Virus record (IMG/VR): IMGVR_UViG_3300028045_000002 | Coordinates: 1-53,509 of that record | DNA length: 53,509 nt | Reading direction: 5' to 3' (one strand) | Source: a virus | Taxonomy: Duplodnaviria; Caudoviricetes | Shown: one piece after another, positions 34,201 to 43,200 of the stretch | Numbering within the stretch: position 1 is the first letter of the stretch | Layout: each line of letters starts with the position of its first letter | Notes under the pieces: model-generated | The model's input: only the letters and a program-made list of their open reading frames with translations | Databases searched by the model: none | Told to the model about the DNA's origin: nothing | Position numbers and translations under genes: made by a program

Positions 34201-37200
34201 ATGTGGTCCATCTCTGTATCATACTCAATCGTGTGAGCGGCTCGCTCAAGGTCAGCGTGCTCGGCAACCAGCTTCTTATGCTTGGTATGTTGTGCCATAG
34301 CACTAAGGCCCCTGATGGCAATCTTGGGACGCTGGAAGATGTTGCCCTTGGTATTCAAGATGCCGTCAAAGATATCGTAGATATGCTTCTGGACATCTGC
34401 GACAACTTTGGCTGCGTTTCTTTTTTGAGCTGAAGCCCTGATCCAGTCCTTGTACCATCTCTTAAGGATGGGAACACGGTTAACGAATGACCTTGGTAGC
34501 AGGGTCTTCTCAAGGAACAAGTTGACTCCACCCTTACCCATTCTCCCCAGTGACTTCTCAAGGTTGTATCGAGCATCACGCAGATTCTTCCATGTCGGAA
34601 CATCAAGACCGGCTGTATAGCCACCAATGTCAGAGATCATCTTCATGGCTTCTTCGACCCTTGCGCCATGGTCAAAGTACATGTCCTTGATTACCCCACC
34701 AAGGATCGGATGGTCCAGAATCTCTTCCGCAAGCTTACGCTCAGATTCATGAAGCTTGACCAGCTTCTTGTTTGAGATCTCCCCAGAGTGATAGAAGGTT
34801 TCAGCGGGCTGCGCTCCAGTGTCCTCAATGATGACAGCCTGAGACACCTTCCTGTTTGGTCTCTGTAGTCCACGCTCAAGCTCCTTGCGAAGCTCTGCGC
34901 TCTGGATTTCAAGGTCCAACCTGAAGAGCCTGTCTGACCGGTAGTTCGTGTCCAGCGTTGACTGAGTAAGCATCTTGTTGAAGGCTGGCACATTGTAGTC
35001 TTCGGCATAGTAGACCTGCCCATCATAGGCAGTGTTGGCGATAGCCCTGAGCGGGGAATTCTCTGGAGCAATGGCACGAAGAGCGCTCTTGGAGACATAC
35101 TTGACTCGGCCATCAGCAGTGTAGAAGATGGCCGTATCTTTAAGCTCAAGCCCCTTAAGATCCTTACCAACATTCGCCTGCATCATCTTGCCAATTTTAA
35201 CGGCAGCAGCCTTGGCTCCACGGGGCTCATAGATGGCGGCATCAGGAGAGCGCATAGGCATTGCAACGCCTACCCACTTAGTGCCATTGTGGACCAATCT
35301 TGGAACCTTACCCCACCTGCCAGCCTTACCCTGCTTACCCAGCGGGCCAACAGCGCCATTATGAAGCTGAAGCAGGATGTGCATGATGGTGTCATACGAT
35401 GTCGCATTCGGTATCGTCACCCCACGCCTTGTTCCGAGAGCAGTGTGTATTGCCCCTCTTGCTTTTTCAGAGTGGAGCTTGCCAATATATGCCTCGGGGT
35501 TGTACAGCCTGTCTATTGCCTTTGCAATCCCATACTGCAAATCAACCTGAGTCAGTCCCTTGAACTCCCACGCCTTGCCGACCTTTGTCGGTGTGATGTG
35601 AGAGAACTGGTGATTCTCAGCAAGGTTCCTCGATGTAGTCCTCATCACGCCATTGTTGGTGTAGCCACGAAGCATGGTGCCAAGATCGTTCACCATCATG
35701 GAGTTCTTTGAGACGTTATCCCAAAGCGTCTCCTCTACTCGCTCAAGCACCTTGATGGAGTCTTTGTTCTCCTTTGTCTTTTCAGGCACTATGGAAGAAG
35801 CATTGCTGATATGGTCATTGGCCAAGTATCTGGAGAACAGCTCTTGAGTGTAGACTCTGTGCATTCCTCCGGTAATCTTTGGAGTCAGCGAAGTCTCCTC
35901 AGCCCTAGTAACAAGCTCTTTCCTGTAGTTGTCGATGACCTCTGATGGCAAGCCCTCCTTTTCCATGCGGCGGATCTCTGGCAACCCGCTCGTGATCACA
36001 GAAAAGTAGCTGTCAATGTTGGCGGGATTCATGGAGTAGAGATCACTGAACAGGCTGCCAGCTGTGGCGACCATCTTGTGAGTCAGCGTTCCGTTGTTAA
36101 CGGTGAGTCTTCCCTTGGCATCAGCCCCAAAGCTTAGTGGCCGCTTCATATCAAGATTGCTACCACCATCAACGATATTCTTCAGGGTGTTAAAAGCCTC
36201 TATCTTTGCCACAATGCCAACCTCTTTTGCGTTGGCTCTATCAGGCTGAATGACTCTATTTATGTCACCAAGACCCCTTGAGAAGTCCTTTCTCGTGGCT
36301 TGAATTGCGGTACTTGCAGCCTCGCCAGCATCCTTTTCTCCAGTCTTGAGGCCGTGTGCCGGAAGCACCATCTCCCAAAGAGTCTTGTACCAGCCGGGAG
36401 TAACCTCACCCTTGGCCCCATGCCATGCTGGCTTGAGCTTCATCTTCTTGCCATCGGTATAGGCTTTGGAATTGAGGAACATGTACTCAAGGAGTGAGAG
36501 CTCTTTTTTTGTCCCGTCAGGCATCTCCACTTTGGTAGTAAGCCAGTGATCAACCTCTTTGCCAGTAGATGAGTAGCTGCCAGCCTTGACTGGGAGAATC
36601 TCTCCGTCAACAGCTGCCTCAAAATCTTTGCCTCCGGGCTCAAGTTTGCTGATCTTGAATTTCCCAGCTTTGATTTTTATTGGAGCACTAGAAACAGTTC
36701 TGGTTTCCCCGGCAAGTCCATCGACAGAGCTTTCTTGACCTTCCAAGGTCTCCACCTTGCCACGCTTTAAGGCCGCTTCAAATGTGGCTTTATCTATTTC
36801 GACAACAGTTGGAGTGGACTCGCCCTCAATATTTTCGGAGACGTCAAAAGTCTCTGGCTCTGATTCTCGCATTGCCTTAGCATCTCGAGCCTTGCCATTG
36901 AATCGTGTAATAGCATACTCACGAGCTTGACTCAGGTCGCCAGTAACTGAAGTGCCAACACCCTTACCGGGGAATCTGCGGCTGAACATGTCATCCTTGG
37001 CCGCAGGCAGAATGAGATTACCTTCAGCATCTACTTTGAATGCGCCAGACTGCCCCCTGTAAACCCTATCCTTTCTCTGGGTTGCTCCGCCCCAATCAGA
37101 GTCGGTAGTTCCGTAATACTCTTCCCTGGTCCCGCCTTCTTTGGCATCCGGAAGCTTTATCTTGGCTGGCTTCTTACCACTGATGACATCGAGGAAGTCT

Positions 37201-40200
37201 TTGGTTGTCTCTATCCCATCAAAGACTCCACCAATGAGGTACTTTCCATCAGCATCCCTTGAAGAGATACCCAGCTGAGCGAGAGCGGTAACGTCTCTCA
37301 TAAAGTTGGCAACCATACCGATACGCTTCTTGTACTCACGCTGCGAGGCGTTGTACTCCCACATATCCTTGTAGCCAGCAGGATCGGCAAGGATCTCCTT
37401 CATCCCAGTGAGGATCTCAGGGTTGATCTCATACTTTGACATCTCACTGATGTGATCCCGCAACTTCTGTGGAGTGTCATAGTGGAAGTAGACAACGTCA
37501 CCGTCAGTATCACGCTCAAGCCTCGTGATATCTTCGTGGTTCATCTCAACAAACTTGGTGTCCCTTGATTCAGCGACTTCCCTTGCATGGAAGGGCTTCC
37601 TGTCGTGCGGCCCTGTCCGTGGCATCGAGTGGCCAAGCATGTCGATACCCTTGAACTCTTCAGTGTGCCAAGCAGTGTCTTTGGCAAGGTGGTCAACGAC
37701 CTTAAGCAGGCCGCCAAGAGACTGGGTGTTGGGGCCATCAGCACCGAACTCCATCTCAAGCCTACCAATTGCATCTACAAGCTCAAAGTCAAGCTTGTCC
37801 CTGTATTCCTGAATGGACTTCTTGTTGCCGAAGTACTCTGCGAGAGTTGTAGCTTGTTCTTTATCTCCACCTCTCGCCTCGATTACCTGCTCCCACAACT
37901 TTACGTCATTGGCGGCGTATGGTTTGTCTCCAACGTATATCTTTGTGTTCTCGGTAAGCCTGCGGCTGGCAACTTCGTATGGTATTCGGACTTGACCCTT
38001 TTGGAGTGTTCCACTGAGATCATCAAAGATGTGTGCTCCAAAGCCACCACGCTGCTTGGCCTTGAACAAGCCCCGCTTGATGCTTCTGTTGGCAATCGTG
38101 TCGTAAAGATCTGTCGGGTCAAGGAACAGCCCCGGACTGATCCTTTCGGCAGCAAGGATATCAGCCACAACATTACGCTGGTAGATGCTACCCGCATCCT
38201 CAAGTGAAGCCTCGGCCAATCTCCCGCCCACCAGTGAGCCGAGAGTCTCTGGCCCTATGTCACCCGTCATCATCTTCCAGAACGGCCCCTCAGGGGCATA
38301 GAGAGCCTGTAAGCCCTCCTCCCTAAGCCTGTAGAACATCTCATGGGCATCATTACCGACGCTAAAGATCTCACCAACGTGACTCTCAGTTAGTGGATAG
38401 ATCTTGTGGTCAAACTCTTTGAGGCCAAGTTCCCTGATATTGAGGGCGTTCTTCATGACAGAGGCAGATGCATCTTTCTTGCCGCCAGCTATAGGCATCT
38501 CGCTGCTTTTTATCTTAGCATCCATCACTGCCTTGAGACTCTTCTTGCTGCCTGTGCCGTAGGCTTCCTTCATTGCCTTTTGAGTAGCCTCAATCAATCT
38601 CGGGCGGAACTGAGTGTCCTTGACAACAATACCCTTGGTTGGCACTAGGCTCCGGTACTCAAAATCATTGGAGTTGGTGTCCAATCTCACTTCATAGTCA
38701 CCATATTTGCCAGTATATGTTGGGAATCTTTCGTGACCACTGCTTACCACATCGGTAAAAAGCGGCTTGCCTTGTGTCATTCCGCCCATATCTATAGCGT
38801 CCTGACCATAGTTTCCGGTAAACATCTCTCTAAGCTCTACCCCGATTGCTCTGACCAGTGTATCCAGATTCCTCAAGTCTCTAGTTATCTCCCCACTGTG
38901 CCAGTCAGCCATGGCATTTCTGAATTCACCACCAGCCTCCACTGTGCCAGTACCCATGAACTCTGACTGTGGATGATCGACAATGTACCGTTTGCCAGCT
39001 ATCTCGGTTACTGCAACCCAGTGTTGAATGTTAAAGTTTCCGGCTGGAGACTTCGCATCTATGATGACAACCTTTGAGTCAAGCCCTTGATTCATCAGTT
39101 GATGCTGGACCTTGTTTGCACACCGGACACATAGATTCTTTTCAACTGTAGCTGTTGTGCCCTTACCAAGCTCGCCAATCTTCAACTCAAACGGCTTCAG
39201 TTCTAGTGGTGGCTTTGCCTCACTCTTGCCTTCAAGCGCCCTCACATCTGCCCATTCAACACCAGTCGGCTTGATCTTTGTGGAGTCACCAATGGACACC
39301 ATGTCAATCTTCTGGCCAGTCAGCTGTTCCAGCTTGTTCATGAAGGCTTCTGTATAGCTGTCGTTCCTGAACATGGGCTTGTCGAGGTAGAAGAAGTCTC
39401 TATCAGGATGAGAGGCAAAGAACTGCCCCTTGAAGGCATCACTGTAGTCTTTACCCATGACATAAGCGGCAACTCTGGCTGCATCCTGTCTCAGATACGC
39501 AGCACCATCGAGAGGAGCCCTGTTGAGTCCAGCGGCTTTCATCTCAGCCATGATCTCAGGTGTGGCATTCTCCAAGAAGAACACATTGAGACCACCATCC
39601 CACTCAGCATCTTCAGCCAGCTTACGCTTACCGAAGTCACTCTCCCTGAACTTCTTCCACTGAGTCGTGCCGGGACCATAGTCAAGGCGCATGAAGTCAC
39701 GGCCATAGATACTGTTAAGCCTGTTGGCGTAATCAGCGATTGATTTGCCAGCAACGTCAGGATTGAGGAGATTTTCAAAGGTTGCCTTATCAACAGAACT
39801 GCCCAGCCAAGCCATTGAAAGCTCGTTACTGATCTTGTTAGCGTCCCACTTGGCAGATCCGGGCTTACTATTCAAGAAGCTGAGCAGTGCTTCGGCTTGA
39901 TGCGACTTCATCCAGCTCTTGAGTCTCTTGCCTCCACCCTGTTCAACCTTGAACAGCTCATTAAGTAACCCCTGAACCTGCTCCCTTGCCTTGGGGGCAT
40001 CAAAGCTTACGGCCAGCATCGAGTCTGCGTTGCCGGGAATAATGAGAGCGCTGAGGCCGTCGAGGGTCTCGAGAGCTTCACGGATAGGCTCGAAACTATC
40101 AAGCGGAACCATCTCTCCCTTCCCATCCTTGACCCACTCACCGTTTTCATCCCGAACATACTTCAGCTTCTCAACGTCAATCTTGTCAACAGTCCTTACT

Positions 40201-43200
40201 GTGGCCCCAGACTTTTTGATAGCGTCAACCATACCACCAAGGCCACGGCTGATGAACCCATGCACTCGGGTCTTGATCTTTGAGTTATACTCGGTCTTCC
40301 CGGTTGACTTGTTCTCGGCCATAGTCGCAGTGATGGTAAGGGTCTCTCCGGCAGTAGACTGGGAGACCACATGGGCCAAGTGATTGAGCATCTTCTCAGA
40401 CACAGGGCTTCCACCCCAACGACCATTACGAACAGAGTCGTTGATCTCAGGAGCCTTTCCACCCTCAGTCACATGCTTAATGGCTTGCTCAACCCACTCA
40501 GGATCTCTGATACCAGAGAAAGAGTAGGCCCCATTCTCATCCTTGCCACCAAGAAGACCCTCAACAAGAGCTGACCTGATGTCTTCCGGGCTGATGCCCT
40601 GCCCCTTCTCCACCTTGCGCTTCATTGCCTCATGAGTCATTAGCTGGGCAACTCGCTCAATGCGAGGGTCAAGGCCGAGATTGGAGATGAAGTCACGATG
40701 TCCTGTGATTTCAAACCCCTGATTCTCCTTTATCTGGAAAACCTTGCGACCATCTTCATTCATGAAGCGGCTCTCAATGTCAGCCCTGAGAACCTCGTTG
40801 GCCATGAACTCACCCTCGATAGCATCCATCGCCTCGTTGATCCTCTTTGCCGTGACATCCTTGTGAATGGTGGACTTCGCTGTCATCAAGCTCATCTCCG
40901 GAGAGATGATGCCCATACCGCTGAGCGATGTGTAGATGTAGGATGCATATGCAGGGTTAACATGATTCAGGGCGTTGCCTATTCTGGCAACAGATTCAGG
41001 GAGATGTCCCTCTGACAGCATGATGCTGGAAAGCCGCTGACTTGCATCGTATCTGGCCTCGGAGTTCCCGCCAAGCACGATCGCCTTAAGGACGTTGAGA
41101 GTATCCTCAGGCGGCACACCGTCCACACCCTTCATGGGATCCCTCAAGATCCCAACCTTCTTCATCTCTTTAACCATATCCCTGAGCCAGAAAGCCCCAG
41201 TAGCCCCAATAACAGATTCAACAGCAGGGCCGATATCAACCTTCAGCTGGCCTCCCGGCTCAGCGGCACCGATGATCTCAAGAGAGTTGACCAGCCGGTG
41301 AGCCGCATTCGTTACGTCTCCACCAGCCAACAATGCAAGGTTCTTTCCGGTGACAACTCCAGTTTGCTCGGCAATATTGAGAAGGTTGATCCCCTTCTCC
41401 CCGACCTTGGCGTAGTTCGCCTCAAGGACGTTGCTCTGGGCAAGGGTTAAGGTAACTTCCTTGACTGCCCGCCCCTTTGTGACCGACTCTGTTTTCGCCA
41501 CCATCGCCATAATGCGCTCAGCAGGACTATCACCTGTGGGAGCAAGCGCAGGGCCATCGCCCCACATCTTGTGAATATCTTGAACAAGACCTCTCACCTC
41601 CTCAAGCTCGGGGGTATCCCCCTGAAACAGGGTTTCTCCAGACATGATACCGTGGACTCTGGTGTGAGGGGCAAAGTAAGCAAAGTCACGAAGAGCTGAG
41701 AGGCTCTCTAAGCCCCTCCCGCCACCAAGGTGGTCCCCCACGCCCTTATCAATAGCCCCAAGCCTCTCAGCAAGCTCTCTGGACTGCTGAGGGGAATCTA
41801 CGGTCAGTACTTCGTGGACCACTCCGGGAAATAGAGACTGTCCGGTACGTTCAGCCTTCGCAAACAGCTCAAGCTCTGCTGGCGTGGAGACATCACCCTC
41901 AACCTCAATCCTCAGTGGCCGCTTATTCTTGAGTAGGCCAGTCTTTGCAGAGACAGGAATCTTGCCAGTACCAAACAAGCTATGGATAGCTTTCTCGACA
42001 CCCTCAGACATTGCGGGGAGAGTGTCATTCTTCTTCATGGTGGAGAAGATTGACTTGAGCCAGCCAGAAAGCCTCTGAAAGACAGTCTTCATGGAGTCGT
42101 TGGGGGCTTTCCCGCTCTCAAGATACCGCTCAAAGAGCTTGGCAAAACGCTCTTCATGCTTTTTCTGCCACTTGCCATCCTTGATACCAAACTCAGACTC
42201 GATAATAGCGAGATGCTCTCCACCCAGGTCACGCCTGAAGAGGTGTCCTATCTCATGAACGAGGGACTGTAGATTGGGAGCATTCAGCCCTCGGATGACA
42301 GCCCTGCCATCCTCCATGAATGTAATCGAAGCCTTCTTCTCGCCCTCACCCTTCTCGACAGACGCTAGACGGGAGGCGTACCACTCAGCTGGATCTTTAC
42401 CCTCAGCCACACCCCAAGCATTCGCTCTGGCCTCAAGTAAATCTACAGCACTTCTGACCTGAGCCTCTGGAACATCAGGGAAAGCCTTGACGGCTTGCTC
42501 GACAATCTTGCTCTTGGCCATAGCACTGGCACTCTGCTCATCAGCCTGCATCACCGTGCCAAGAAGATCTCCCTCAACTTCAAGATATTTCCGGCCAAGC
42601 TTGTGCAACTCTTCACCGAAATAAATCCTGTCAAATGTTTCAAGCTCAAGATAGCCCGGACCCTTGCCGCCCACGCCAAGCGGAATGTGCTCTTCGAACA
42701 AGGCCTGCACCGCAGCAATCTTGCCGGGAGACAGGTTCTTGGAATCTATATTCAGTCTGCGGAGCCAGTGAGTTACATTCTTACCGAACTCACCCTCTGG
42801 GATAGCACCCTCAGGCGCAGTCTCCAGAGCCTTCAACACAGACTCCCTGAGTGGTCCAAGCCTTTTCTTAACCCCTTCGCTTTCCCAGAATTTTTCAGTA
42901 AGATCCTGATACTTTCTGAATGCAACATCCATTGAGATGGTAGCAAAGGGTGAGTCGTCAGGGCGGGAGATAGGGACACCGGCAAGCATTGCTCTGGCTT
43001 GCATGTACCCCTTGTAGCGGCTGTCAGTGATGGGTCTGGCGGCAACTGGTGTCTCAAATGCGGAGTGACTGGCCATCATCGTGGCAAACGTCAGGCTTGT
43101 AGCCATGTCTACCCAGTCAAGCCCGTGCTTGGTCAGGTAGCTTCCACCCTCACCAGACAGTAGCGAGCCAAAGAACTCTGGTTCAGTTATGACAGCAGAA

